Assembly: GCA_900544345.1 (NCBI GenBank)
Contig: UQUR01000002.1
Coordinates: 47,160-111,159 of the forward strand
Origin: an uncultured Sutterella sp.
Lineage (GTDB): Bacteria; Pseudomonadota; Gammaproteobacteria; Burkholderiales; Burkholderiaceae_F
Direction of reading: 5' to 3'
DNA: 64,000 nucleotides
The notes below the pieces were generated by a model that ran no database searches, was not told the origin of the DNA, and was given only the letters and a program-made list of their open reading frames with translations. This document shows positions 30,447 through 41,089 of the stretch, one piece after another; within the stretch, counting starts at the first letter, position 1; each line of letters begins with the position of its first letter. The position numbers and the translations under genes are program-made.

Positions 30447-31958
30447 GTGTTTGGTAAACGTCTTTTCATTTCTGTAGTCTGTGCGAACCTTGCTCTGACA
30501 CCCTCAGTGGGTGTTTGGGCGGCCTCAGATTTGGCTACTGAGTCTCTTAACCTCAATTTACCCAGTATGGGAGCAGTAGCAGGCACTGAATTATCCCCTG
30601 CAGAAGAGCAGGCGCTTGGCGAAGAAATGATGCGGCAAATCCGAGCCGATTCCAGTTATCTAAACGATGCTGAAACGCTCGAATACCTTAATCGTTTAGG
30701 CTATAAACTTGTCAGTGTTTCAAATACTCATACCTACAACTTTTTCTTTTACCCTTTAGTCGATCGTTCTTTAAACGCTTTTGCTATCCCGGGCGGCTTT
30801 ATTGCCGTTCATACCGGCTTAATTATTGCTGCCCAAAATGAAAGTGAATTAGCCGGTGTCATCGCTCACGAAGTCGGTCACGTCAGTCAACGTCATATTG
30901 CGCGCATGATTGATGCTCAAAAAGGCAATGCCGCTATCACGTTGGGCTCATTTTTACTCGCATTGCTTGCAGCCCGTGCTGGTAGTGGTCAGGCAGCAAC
31001 AGCTTTGGCTGTAGGCAGTCAGGCAGCCTTGATTCAAAGTCAGTTAAGTTACTCGCGCGGTGCAGAACGCGAAGCTGACCGCGTTGGTTTAAGCTCTTTA
31101 GTTAAAGCGGGCTTTGACCCAAAAGGCATGGAAAACTTTTTCATGCGTTTACAGCAAAATAATCGCTATTACGAAGCTGCGGCACCAGCTTATCTACTCA
31201 CCCATCCACTCACGGTTGAGCGTATCAGCGATATGGAAAATCGTACGCGCCGTCTGGGCTCTCATACTCACCATGATTCACTCGACTTCGTGCTAATTCA
31301 GCAACGTGCACGAGTCTTACAGGAAACGAAGTACGACGGCTGGCTCAATGTTTCAAAGGAAATGAAGCAGGATTTAGCTAACGCTAAAGAAAAACGTCAG
31401 AAAATTGCCCTTACCTACGGCTTATCAGTTGTAAGCCGCAAACTGAATCAAAAAGCCGATGCCATCCATTATGCTAACCAAGCAGTAAGTCTCGGCGGCA
31501 ACAATGCGATTTTGCTCAAAAACCAATCTGAAGTTTTATTTCTCTTTGGTAATGCTTCCGATAAAAATCGAGCACTACAAATGGCCCAACGCCTGGTTGC
31601 CAACAATCCTTTATCGGAAATGGCAGTCAAACTTTACGCAAGTGAACTCTATGATTTAAAGCGCTACAACGAAACGCTTCGATTCATGCGCTCGCAGCAG
31701 GCGATGAGTCAAACCAATCCTTCCTACCACGCAATCAACGCTCGTTGCTACAGAGCTCTGAAACAAATGAGCCGACACTACATGGCCGTGGGAGATATGT
31801 ACCTTGCTCAAGGCGATAAACGTGCAGCGGAATATCAATTTAATCTTGCTCAACAAGCCAACGACGGCGACTACTACACTATGAGTCAAGTTGACGGGAA
31901 GTTGCGTACTGTACGAGCGGATATTTTGGCAGAAGAAAAAGCCAAAGAAGATTCATAA
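30447..31958 (+). CDS. bepA: Beta-barrel assembly-enhancing protease BepA-like (M48 Zn-metallopeptidase plus TPR domain)
   Basis: HEVGH zinc motif and C-terminal TPR-like repeats. A signal peptide appears if translation begins at the GTG 30447; the ORF track starts at 30357. Confidence 0.78.
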   Translation: MFGKRLFISVVCANLALTPSVGVWAASDLATESLNLNLPSMGAVAGTELSPAEEQALGEEMMRQIRADSSYLNDAETLEYLNRLGYKLVSVSNTHTYNFFFYPLVDRSLNAFAIPGGFIAVHTGLIIAAQNESELAGVIAHEVGHVSQRHIARMIDAQKGNAAITLGSFLLALLAARAGSGQAATALAVGSQAALIQSQLSYSRGAEREADRVGLSSLVKAGFDPKGMENFFMRLQQNNRYYEAAAPAYLLTHPLTVERISDMENRTRRLGSHTHHDSLDFVLIQQRARVLQETKYDGWLNVSKEMKQDLANAKEKRQKIALTYGLSVVSRKLNQKADAIHYANQAVSLGGNNAILLKNQSEVLFLFGNASDKNRALQMAQRLVANNPLSEMAVKLYASELYDLKRYNETLRFMRSQQAMSQTNPSYHAINARCYRALKQMSRHYMAVGDMYLAQGDKRAAEYQFNLAQQANDGDYYTMSQVDGKLRTVRADILAEEKAKEDS

Positions 31959-31962
31959 AAAG

Positions 31963-32004
31963 TGCCGCAAAACTCTTTTGAGGCTCGTGCGGCACTTTTC
32001 TTTT
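31963..32004. terminator. Bidirectional rho-independent terminator between convergent bepA and the 32008..32730 gene
   Basis: GTGCCGCA...TGCGGCAC inverted repeat flanked by A-run and T-run, so it can function on both strands. Confidence 0.6.
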
Positions 32005-32007
32005 AAC

Positions 32008-32730
32008 TTAAACAGCGGTTTGAGAATCTTTAATTTGTCCGATCCAGACGACAATGAGTTTTTTGCATTCACTTAAACTCAACTGTTCCTCAATGATCGT
32101 TTTGCCATCTACTCTAAAACTCATGCTGTGCTTCTTACCGTGCAAGTACACCCGCCCGACTAATTTCTTTTTGTATTTGACAACCACGCTCATCGTGGAA
32201 GACAAACTAAAAGTGAATTTATTTTCAACACCTGCTTCGGCAGCCTTTGTCAGAAGTTCTTTGACAAAAGACACTTCAAGCTTGCTGGCTTCAACCGGCT
32301 GATTGTCGGAGGTTAAAAAATAAAAGGGCTCAGGTAAAGGCTGAATCTGAAGAGGCTTTTCAGCTTTTATTTTTCGCCACACATACTGAGCTCTGAGTGC
32401 TTCAAGAGCCGCAGAGTATTCTTTCTTAGGACGAACTTTAGCCACCACCTCAATAGTGGCGGGCATCTTTTCATCTGCGACTTTAGCAACAGAAGCCGTC
32501 TCTGAGTCTTCTTTAGTTATCTCAATGACTTGATCGGGAGATACTTCAGTTTGTTTTTCAATTTTTACCGGAATATCGTGCCGAATCAACACTTCTTTTC
32601 GGTCTGACTTGAAGTCGCGCTCTACCCGACCAAATTTGCTGAGATCTAACGGCTCTCCCGAAGCCGGTTTTGAGCCAAGGGATTTAAAGAAATTGACAAT
32701 TTTGTCCAAAATATTTTGCTCGAGCATCAT
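32008..32730 (-). CDS. Hypothetical protein (240 aa), no recognised family
   Basis: Long ORF convergent with bepA and sharing the terminator. Charged, disordered-looking middle and a beta-rich C-terminus (KFTFSLSSTMSVVVKYKKKLVGRVYLHGKKHSMSFRVDGK). Confidence 0.5.
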   Translation of the reverse strand: MMLEQNILDKIVNFFKSLGSKPASGEPLDLSKFGRVERDFKSDRKEVLIRHDIPVKIEKQTEVSPDQVIEITKEDSETASVAKVADEKMPATIEVVAKVRPKKEYSAALEALRAQYVWRKIKAEKPLQIQPLPEPFYFLTSDNQPVEASKLEVSFVKELLTKAAEAGVENKFTFSLSSTMSVVVKYKKKLVGRVYLHGKKHSMSFRVDGKTIIEEQLSLSECKKLIVVWIGQIKDSQTAV

Positions 32731-32916
32731 ATTCTCCTTTTGCTCTAGCTCTATGGTAGAGGAAAATTGTGCTTCACACTTTGATTTTTTCGGTATTTAT
32801 TGGGATTTTTTTCTAGTAGCCGCCAAAAGCTTAGTCATTTTGAGTGCAAAAGCGATCTCATAGGCCTTTAAATGTTTCGTATAATTTTGCCGTTCTATCC
32901 AAATTGAGAATCATTA

Positions 32917-33995
32917 TGGCTATTGAAGATTATTTAACCGTTGCTCCAAAAACCGACTCGATCATTGAAACAGATGCAGTGATTGTAGGTGCCGGCCCTG
33001 TCGGTTTATTCCAAGTTTTTGAATTGGGGCTTTTGGAAATCAAAGCTCATGTCGTTGACTCGCTGAAGATGGTTGGCGGCCAATGCATGGAGCTTTATGA
33101 GCATAAACCCATTTATGACATTCCGGCTTTGCCTGTTTGTACTTCCCGTGAACTCACCGAGAATTTGCTCAAGCAAATTCACCCCTTCGGTCCTCAATTT
33201 CACTTGGGTGAAGAAGTGACCATTGTTCGTAAGGAAGAAGACGGCCGCTTTTATGTTGAAACGGATAAAGGCACCCGTTTCATGACAAAGACCGTCTTCA
33301 TTGCTGCGGGCGTGGGTAGTTTCCAACCCAAGCGGCTTTCGGTGCCTGGCATTGAAAAGTTTGAGGGCACTCAACTGCACTATCAGGTCAAAGACCCTTC
33401 GCTTTTCTATGGGAAAAATATTGTCATCTGCGGAGGTGGCGACTCAGCTTTGGACTGGACGCTAAATTTGGTCGGAAAAGCTGAAAGCGTTATCTTGCTT
33501 CACCGGCGAGATGGCTTCAGGGCTCAGTCAGCCTCCGTTGCCAAAATGCGAGAGCTTTGTGAAAACTGGGAAATGCAGTTTGAAGTCGGCCAAATTTCTG
33601 GGTTTGAAGAAAAAGACGGTCATTTAGCTGAAATTCGAGTCACGGGTGATGACGGTGTTGTACGCCGGATGCCGCTCGATCACCTGCTAGTGTTTTACGG
33701 TTTAACCCCTAAACTCGGACCAATTGCCAACTGGGGTTTAGAGATCTACCGCAAACAAATTGTAGTTGATACAGAAAAGTTCCAAACATCCATTCCCGGC
33801 ATTTTTGCTGTCGGCGACATCAACACTTATCCGGGTAAAAAGAAGCTGATTCTTTGCGGCTTTCACGAATGTGCACTGGCTGCTTTTGCTGCAGCCGATA
33901 TTGTTCATCCTGAAAAGAAAACTCTGCTTCAGTACACAACCACATCTCCAAAGCTTCATAAGGTGCTTGGAGTGGAAACTCCGTCACTCGATTAA
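32917..33995 (+). CDS. Ferredoxin–NADP+ reductase, thioredoxin-reductase-like type (FAD/NAD(P)-binding)
   Basis: Two dinucleotide-binding motifs (VIVGAGPVG; [13 protein letters not shown]). TrxR-like fold without the CxxC redox motif, consistent with YumC-type ferredoxin-NADP reductase. The start is taken at the ATG 32917. Confidence 0.75.
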
Positions 33996-34045
33996 TTGCT
34001 TCGATTTAATAGCTCCTCAAAGTTTCGGCTCTTTGAGGAGTTTTT

Positions 34046-36862
34046 TTATTTCCTTTGAGGACCGTATGAGCCGAAAACACTCTTCCAGAGTTCTAATACG
34101 GCATTGATATTATCTTGTTGCCCAGCTCGTTCTACCCGAACAGCACCTGATCCGAATTCCAAACGGTGTTTTCTTTGAATAAAGCGATAATTCCGATAAA
34201 TCGACACGCACTTTTGGGCCAAATCCTGAGGAATCAATCCGGCTCGGGCAGCCATTTCCAAAAGCAAAATATTGCCAAAATTATTAACTAGTTCCGGATG
34301 TTCATGAGAGTAAGCAAGAACCATAGCCTGAACAGCAAACTCCACATCTACCATGCCACCCCTATCGTGCTTCACATCGAAAAGGTCGCTCGTATTCGGA
34401 TGACCTTCAAGCATTCGTTCACGCATATCGCTGACATCTTTAAAAACCTTTTCTTTATCTCTGGGTAAACGCAAAATTGCTTCTCGCTCTTTCTCAAAAG
34501 CCATACCAATTTCGCGGTCACCGGCGCAAAAGCGAGCTCTTGTAAGTGCCTGATGCTCCCACGGCCATGCTCCGGTACCGTCTTCATTTCTTTGGTAGCG
34601 CTTAAACATTTCTAAAGATGAAACAACGAGACCATTCTCTCCGTTGGGTCTTAAACGCAAATCCACGTCAAACAAAATACCAGAGGAAGTCTGAACGGTG
34701 AGCCAGCTCATCATGCGTCTGACTAGACGAGTGTAATTTTTACTTGCCTCTTGGCTGGGATCATCGTACAAATAAATCAAATCCAAGTCCGAAGCGTAAC
34801 TTAATTCTTTTCCGCCTAATTTCCCGTATGCAATTACGGCAAACTTTGGGACATCGCAGTGCCGCGAGGCAATGGTTTGCCAAGCAAGCGTAATTACCAT
34901 TTCCAGGACAGCATCGGCTAGAGCTGAAAGCTGATCGGCTAACCGTTCCACGGTAAAGCGCCCTTCTAGATCGGCCATCAACAACTTAAAGACTGCTCCG
35001 TGATGGGCATCACGCAATAAATTCATTTGCGTTTCCTGATCCCCTTCTGCCTCTCGCAATTTTTCCCATAAATCATCCTGCCAGCCGCTCCAGTCAACCG
35101 GAGAGAAATTATCTAATTCCGAAATGCGTTCATCGAGCAGTTCATCGAGCACAATGGGATGCGCTGTTAAATAATCGGCTGCCCAGGCACTTGTTTTTAA
35201 AACCATTGCCACTTTCTCGCACACTTGCGGATACTGAACCAAAAGAGAGACGTAAGTGCTACGGCCAGCAATCACCTCCAACAGTGCAATAAAGCGAGTA
35301 AAAATAACGTCAGAGGCTACAGACTTATCATCTGCGGCCAACTGCAAACTCAGCTGGCACACTCTTTTGACCAATTGGGCCATGCGGGCTCTCGCCGCCT
35401 CGGTTTGAACCGCCAAAAATTTTGACCCCATCAATCCTAAAACTCGTTCGGCACAGTAAGTAGCATTCTCGTAACCCATCTTCGAGAGACGCTCTGCCAA
35501 CGCATCATGCGCTTGAGCAAATCCGATTGCCCAGCCTTGCGGCCAATCATCATCCTCTGCTGTCTTTTCTTCTACCTGGAAAATACCGTTAAAGACTGAA
35601 GCCACATACTCACGAATAAGCATGAGTTGGTTGACCATCTCTTCACGTTTTAAACCCAGTAAAGCGGCTATTTGGTTCTGAGCATCCACTTCTGAGGGCA
35701 AACGGTGAGTTTGCTGATCATCAACATACTGAATGGCGTGCTCTAAATTACGCAAAAAGATATAAGCATCTTTAAGGCGCATCACCTGCTCGAATTTAAG
35801 CACACCCATTTTTTCTAAAATCATTAGTGCTTCAAGTGTTCCCCTAACTCTCAACTGCGGTTCTCGTCCAGCTCGAATCACTTGAAAAGTTTGAGTAATA
35901 AATTCAATCTCACGAATGCCGCCGCGCCCCAATTTCACATCGATACCAAGATCTTTACCGGCCTCACGCTTTTGAGTTTCTGAGCGAATGAGTTTATGAA
36001 GGTTTGATAAAGCACTGATAGCATTAAAATCGACGTAACGCCTGAAAACAAAAGGTCTAACGACATCGTAAAGATTTTTAACCTGTTGGTTGAACGTTTG
36101 CTGATCAGTAAAAACCGGCTCATTGACGACCCGCCCTTTCAGCCATGCAAAACGCTCCCACTCTCGACCTTGAACATAGAGGTATTCTTCAAGCATGTCG
36201 TTGCTGATAACAATCGGACCTGAGTCACCATTGGGCCTAAGGCGCATATCAACGCGAAAAACGAACCCCGCACCTGAAATATCCGAAAGCGCAGCTATAA
36301 CCTTTTTAGACAGTCGCTCAAAAAATTCTGCATTAGATAACTCTCGCCTCGGGTTAGGGCATCTCTCAGTCGGTCTGCATCGACCCTGCTCGTCGTAGAC
36401 AAAAACCAAGTCAATGTCAGAACTCACATTAAGTTCCTGACCGCCGAGCTTACCCATACCTACAACTAAAAAGTCCTGAGGCACTCCGCTTTCTGAAGTA
36501 GGTATACCGAAACGCTCCGAAAGCGCTAAAGCGTGAACACGAACCGTTTGACTGACTGCCAATTGGGCTAAATCGGTCATCGTTTTGACTACTTCCTCGT
36601 ACTGCGCCAAACCTGTTGCATCTCGTGCAATAAGGGTAAGCAACACCTCTCGACGCAAAATCCTGAGCGAATCAGCAAGTTTTTCTGTGTCCTTTATTCC
36701 CTGCAAAAAACACTTCATTTTCTCAAGTGTATAAGGCTTACTTGCTAGAGCTGCGAGCCATTGAAGGCGTTGCTCTTCATCGGCCAAAGGCATTGCAGAC
36801 ATCAAAGCGCGTTTGACAAAAAAAGAATACTGAGGCAGTTCTTGGATAGATAAACGAGACAT
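34046..36862 (-). CDS. glnE: Bifunctional glutamine synthetase adenylyltransferase/adenylyl-removing enzyme
   Basis: 938 aa with two nucleotidyltransferase domains carrying the GxGxxGGxExxxxSDxD-like motifs (GMGKLGGQELNVSSDIDLVF; AYGKLGGKELSYASDLDLIY). Confidence 0.9.
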   Translation of the reverse strand: MSRLSIQELPQYSFFVKRALMSAMPLADEEQRLQWLAALASKPYTLEKMKCFLQGIKDTEKLADSLRILRREVLLTLIARDATGLAQYEEVVKTMTDLAQLAVSQTVRVHALALSERFGIPTSESGVPQDFLVVGMGKLGGQELNVSSDIDLVFVYDEQGRCRPTERCPNPRRELSNAEFFERLSKKVIAALSDISGAGFVFRVDMRLRPNGDSGPIVISNDMLEEYLYVQGREWERFAWLKGRVVNEPVFTDQQTFNQQVKNLYDVVRPFVFRRYVDFNAISALSNLHKLIRSETQKREAGKDLGIDVKLGRGGIREIEFITQTFQVIRAGREPQLRVRGTLEALMILEKMGVLKFEQVMRLKDAYIFLRNLEHAIQYVDDQQTHRLPSEVDAQNQIAALLGLKREEMVNQLMLIREYVASVFNGIFQVEEKTAEDDDWPQGWAIGFAQAHDALAERLSKMGYENATYCAERVLGLMGSKFLAVQTEAARARMAQLVKRVCQLSLQLAADDKSVASDVIFTRFIALLEVIAGRSTYVSLLVQYPQVCEKVAMVLKTSAWAADYLTAHPIVLDELLDERISELDNFSPVDWSGWQDDLWEKLREAEGDQETQMNLLRDAHHGAVFKLLMADLEGRFTVERLADQLSALADAVLEMVITLAWQTIASRHCDVPKFAVIAYGKLGGKELSYASDLDLIYLYDDPSQEASKNYTRLVRRMMSWLTVQTSSGILFDVDLRLRPNGENGLVVSSLEMFKRYQRNEDGTGAWPWEHQALTRARFCAGDREIGMAFEKEREAILRLPRDKEKVFKDVSDMRERMLEGHPNTSDLFDVKHDRGGMVDVEFAVQAMVLAYSHEHPELVNNFGNILLLEMAARAGLIPQDLAQKCVSIYRNYRFIQRKHRLEFGSGAVRVERAGQQDNINAVLELWKSVFGSYGPQRK

Positions 36863-37030
36863 TTTTTAAATGTAGAAAGTGCTTTTTGAAAGTTTAGCTA
36901 AGCAGAAAAATTTTTCTAAAAGTTTCAGTCGAAAAATTTTGGAAAATCACCCACTGCCTCTGGCCAAACCGCTACAATTCGGGTGTTCGGTTAATTTTAC
37001 GTCTGATCTAAACGGATTCGGTCTGCTCTT

Positions 37031-40000
37031 TTGACATCCACACACTCAACCCTTAACAAAACAGGTAACGGACTGCTGCACAAGGCTCGCCCAAGCAAAT
37101 GGCGAGTGCTTTTACGCACGGCAGGGTGGGTTGTATTATTTTTATATCTCTTTTTAACTGTAGCCTTAGTTGTGCTGCGGCTTTGGGTTGTTCCTAACAT
37201 TGAAACGTTTTATCCCAAACTGGAAAGTTACATTGAAGAGCGCACCGGCACGCTTATTGAAGCTCGCGATATTCATGTAGACTGGGAACGTCTACGTCCT
37301 CGTATCACACTCACTGATGTCACATTTGCTCGACCGGGACACCGTGTCTCTTTGAGTCTTCCAAAGGTTCAGGCAACCTTTTCACTCACGTCAATTTATA
37401 CCCTACAGCCAACCTTTTCCCGGCTGGTTATTTTCAACCCTAAACTTCATGTTGAGCGATTAAGCGATACGCTTTTTAACATTGCCGGCTTTGAGATTGA
37501 TACTTCAAGCTCAGGCAATAACATTGAACCCAGCCAAGAAAGGGGGGCTACCGGTAGAAAACTCCTCGATTGGGTTTTATCACAGGAACATTTAGAAATT
37601 ATTGATGGGGACTTTAATTACATTGACTTTACTAATGAGCATCCCCGTCCCGTTCTTTTGCACGACACAAATGCGGTTTTACACCGCTACATGATCGCCT
37701 GGAAATTCGGTCTGCAATCCACAGCGATCCGCGAAAACAAAATCCCTATAGACATCAGGGCAACCTTTCGCGAAAAGTGGCTGGGATCAGACAATCGTCT
37801 GGAGCGATTGCACGGAACAATTTACGCTTCAATTCCGTCGATTGATTTTGGGCGCATTGCCCAACGCGTCAATTTAGATCATTTTTTACAAGACGGTAGC
37901 GGACAGGCCGATATTTGGCTCGATTTTGACAGCCTTAGACCAATTCAACTCACCGCAGATCTGTCTTTACATGATGTAAGCCTTCGTTGGCGCCCTGACG
38001 ATGACCCTATCCAAGTCGATGCACTGCAGGGCCGTATTCGAGAAACTTTAGACGGCAATAATCTCGTTTTCAGCACGCAGGATCTAATGGTTAAACCGAT
38101 TGGTCAGGCACCGTACTACTTAGGCAACATTAAACTTGAAGGTGCAGTGCGTGACAGAAATCTCTATGACGGCACACTCAGTATTGACTCCTTTGATCTT
38201 CGAGCTCTCACAACCATTGGTTTGCAGTTGCCTATTCCTGATCAGACTCTCAATGCCATTCGTGATATGCAGGCAAGCGGCTTAATCGTAGGATTTGAAA
38301 GTGAATGGAAGGGACCGGTTAGTGCTCCGACTGATTATGCCTTCCATTCGGAATTTAAAAATATTTCTGTTCAAGACCATACTGCTAAAGACGAGGACGA
38401 TGTAAACCGCTTCGGGTTTACTAACCTGTCAGGTACTATCACAGCCAACCACGAAGGCGGACAAATTACGCTGGATGCCCCAGGCAGTACATTGAGTTTT
38501 CCAGGCATTTTCTTTGAAAAAGATTTCCAACTCGATACGCTACAGATGCAAGCTAGTTGGACGAATAAACCGAAACTAGAATTCAAAGTTGAAAACCTGC
38601 AAATTTCCAATCGTGATGCTTCTGCACAAGTTCACGGAGGATGGTCTGATACAGGGGAGCTCGGTACACTGGAAGTTCGGGGTGATCTTCACTACTTAAG
38701 GGCTTCAGCTGCTCATCGCTTTATTCCGATTGTAGCTGGCGGCAAACCAACTAACGACTGGCTTAAAGCCGCTTTACAGGGCGGGATTGCCAGAGAGGGT
38801 AAAGTCGATCTCTATGGTCCTTTGACAGAATTCCCATATGTCAATCAAAAAGACAAAGGCTACATTTTCCGTATTTCCGGTTTAGCAGAAAACGTTAAAC
38901 TTGATTACGTTCCCACTTACCAAAAGGATAAGAACGGTAACTGGATTGCGGGCGAGTGGCCTGTTTTTGAAAAAATCAACGGTCAGTTGGTTTTTGAAGG
39001 CATGTCCATGTGGATTCATGCTCAAAGCGCAGTCTCAATGGGCGCAACGGTCACAGATGTCACTGCAGAAATCCCCAGCTATACTGCCCCTGGTCTGCCT
39101 TTAATCATCAAGGGTCAAAGCCAAACATCACTTCAAAACATGGCTCAATGGGTCAACCACAGTCCTGTGTCTGCGATGATCGGTGATCCCTTTGTCGGCA
39201 CTAAGGCTACAGGTGATGCCTCTTTAGAGCTCTTTTTAAATATTCCTATAACAGATCTTGAGAAGACTGAAGTCTTAGGCACGGTTCATTTAAACGGCAA
39301 CATGATTGCCATGAAAAATGTTCCAGAAATGACCCAGGCAAAAGGAGCTGTAACTTTTACAGAAAAAGGGCTTTGGGCTTCAGAATTAACCGCTCAAATT
39401 TACGGCTGCCCCACAACAGGTGAAATCTCAACCGATGAAAAAGGTAAAATTCGTATCACGGCCCTTGCTGATGCAACGCCTGAAGCCGCTGGAAAAATCA
39501 TTGATTCCCCAGCTATCGCCTCTCTTTTGACTCACTTTGAAGGGGTAACTCCCGTCAAAACAATTGTTGAAATTGATCGCGGTGTTGACATTCATGTCAC
39601 CAGTGATCTGGTAGGCATTAAGGGTAACGCCCCAGCTCCGTTCAATAAAGCACAAAATAATGCTTGGCCGCTTCAGTTTGATTTTGAAAATTGTGCTCAA
39701 AACGAACACTGTGCCTCCAAGATGAAGCTTGCCTTAGCAGACGTTTTAGGAATGGAGCTTCACTATGCCTCAACAAAACAAGGCTTAAGGACGCAAAAAG
39801 GTGTTTTATCGGTTGGCAAGCGCTTACCCCTTTCCCCGACAGCGGATGGGTTGGCGCTTTACATCCAAACACCAACCTTTAAATGGGAAGATTGGGAAAG
39901 TATTCTTACCCAGTCTAACGAGGCTCTCATGGCTGATCCCAAGCGAGAAATGAAAGCATTAGACTTAAATCTTGCTAGTATTCAAATTGGACAGCTGGGT

Positions 40001-41074
40001 TATAAGGGCTTAAATTTCGATGCTGTAAAAGTTGATGCAAAAGCGTTTCCCTCCGGCGCATGGAGCGGTTCAATTACCAGCACCTTAGCTAAGGCACAAT
40101 TTAATTTCACCCCTCGTACAAGTCACTCTCATCCACTTGTGACTGCTAATTTTGATTATTTGCATATTCCGCGGCCAGAAATTGTTGATGAGGCTATGAA
40201 AGCCGCTCCAAAGGAAACGCAATCGCTGCCTTCAGTAGCTCTTACCATTAATGATTTACGTTTCGAGGACTATGAATTAGGTGAATTAAAACTTTGGGCA
40301 GAAAACGAGGGCAAAGGCCCCAGCACTCTTTGGAACTTGAAACAATTTTCACTTTCTAACAGCGACGCTACCCTTTCGGCAAGCGGTAGTTGGAATGCCG
40401 GACAGAGAAAAAACTCTCAGACTTCATTAGAGGCTACCCTGGACGTCACTGATCTCGGAGAACTACTTGAGCGCTTTAAGCTTGCCCATGTCATCAATGA
40501 CGGTAGCGGTCAGCTACACACCAATCTGACATGGAACGGCGCGCCAGTTGACTTTAATACCGAAACACTAAACGGTACGATTTCTACTGCCCTAGCATCT
40601 GGTCAAATTCTTCAGGTTGAACCGGGTGCCGGACGGCTAATGTCGTTACTGTCGCTTCAAACCCTTTTACGCCGCCTGACGCTTGACTTCAGAGATGTTG
40701 TCGGACAAGGATTTGTTTTCGACCGCATTATCGCAAACAATACCATTACCAATGGTGTGATGAAGTCAAATAACTTCAGAATTATTGGTCCTCAAGCAAC
40801 CATCCTGGCTGAAGGTACAATGGACTTCAATAATATGACTCAACACAGTAAAGTAACGGTTTTACCTGATATCAGCTTGGGCGGAGCAAGCCTCGCCTTG
40901 GCAGTGGCCAACCCAATTTTAGGTGTGGGAAGTTTTATTGCTCAGCTTGCACTTCAGACTCCGCTTTCAGAATTATTGAGTACTGAATATGAAATCAGCG
41001 GCTCTCTGGAAGATCCAGTCATTACAAAAGTGGGAGAAAACGGCATAAACAATACATCTGCCGTCACCCCTTAA
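37031..41074 (+). CDS. yhdP: YhdP-family (AsmA-like/DUF3971) large inner-membrane-anchored envelope protein
   Basis: 1347 aa, with an N-terminal transmembrane anchor (WVVLFLYLFLTVALVVLRLW) and a beta-rich periplasmic body. It is divergent from glnE and followed by a carbon-nitrogen hydrolase, an arrangement common in Betaproteobacteria. Confidence 0.75.
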   Translation: MTSTHSTLNKTGNGLLHKARPSKWRVLLRTAGWVVLFLYLFLTVALVVLRLWVVPNIETFYPKLESYIEERTGTLIEARDIHVDWERLRPRITLTDVTFARPGHRVSLSLPKVQATFSLTSIYTLQPTFSRLVIFNPKLHVERLSDTLFNIAGFEIDTSSSGNNIEPSQERGATGRKLLDWVLSQEHLEIIDGDFNYIDFTNEHPRPVLLHDTNAVLHRYMIAWKFGLQSTAIRENKIPIDIRATFREKWLGSDNRLERLHGTIYASIPSIDFGRIAQRVNLDHFLQDGSGQADIWLDFDSLRPIQLTADLSLHDVSLRWRPDDDPIQVDALQGRIRETLDGNNLVFSTQDLMVKPIGQAPYYLGNIKLEGAVRDRNLYDGTLSIDSFDLRALTTIGLQLPIPDQTLNAIRDMQASGLIVGFESEWKGPVSAPTDYAFHSEFKNISVQDHTAKDEDDVNRFGFTNLSGTITANHEGGQITLDAPGSTLSFPGIFFEKDFQLDTLQMQASWTNKPKLEFKVENLQISNRDASAQVHGGWSDTGELGTLEVRGDLHYLRASAAHRFIPIVAGGKPTNDWLKAALQGGIAREGKVDLYGPLTEFPYVNQKDKGYIFRISGLAENVKLDYVPTYQKDKNGNWIAGEWPVFEKINGQLVFEGMSMWIHAQSAVSMGATVTDVTAEIPSYTAPGLPLIIKGQSQTSLQNMAQWVNHSPVSAMIGDPFVGTKATGDASLELFLNIPITDLEKTEVLGTVHLNGNMIAMKNVPEMTQAKGAVTFTEKGLWASELTAQIYGCPTTGEISTDEKGKIRITALADATPEAAGKIIDSPAIASLLTHFEGVTPVKTIVEIDRGVDIHVTSDLVGIKGNAPAPFNKAQNNAWPLQFDFENCAQNEHCASKMKLALADVLGMELHYASTKQGLRTQKGVLSVGKRLPLSPTADGLALYIQTPTFKWEDWESILTQSNEALMADPKREMKALDLNLASIQIGQLGYKGLNFDAVKVDAKAFPSGAWSGSITSTLAKAQFNFTPRTSHSHPLVTANFDYLHIPRPEIVDEAMKAAPKETQSLPSVALTINDLRFEDYELGELKLWAENEGKGPSTLWNLKQFSLSNSDATLSASGSWNAGQRKNSQTSLEATLDVTDLGELLERFKLAHVINDGSGQLHTNLTWNGAPVDFNTETLNGTISTALASGQILQVEPGAGRLMSLLSLQTLLRRLTLDFRDVVGQGFVFDRIIANNTITNGVMKSNNFRIIGPQATILAEGTMDFNNMTQHSKVTVLPDISLGGASLALAVANPILGVGSFIAQLALQTPLSELLSTEYEISGSLEDPVITKVGENGINNTSAVTP

Positions 41075-41089
41075 AGGAAAGGAAATTTT

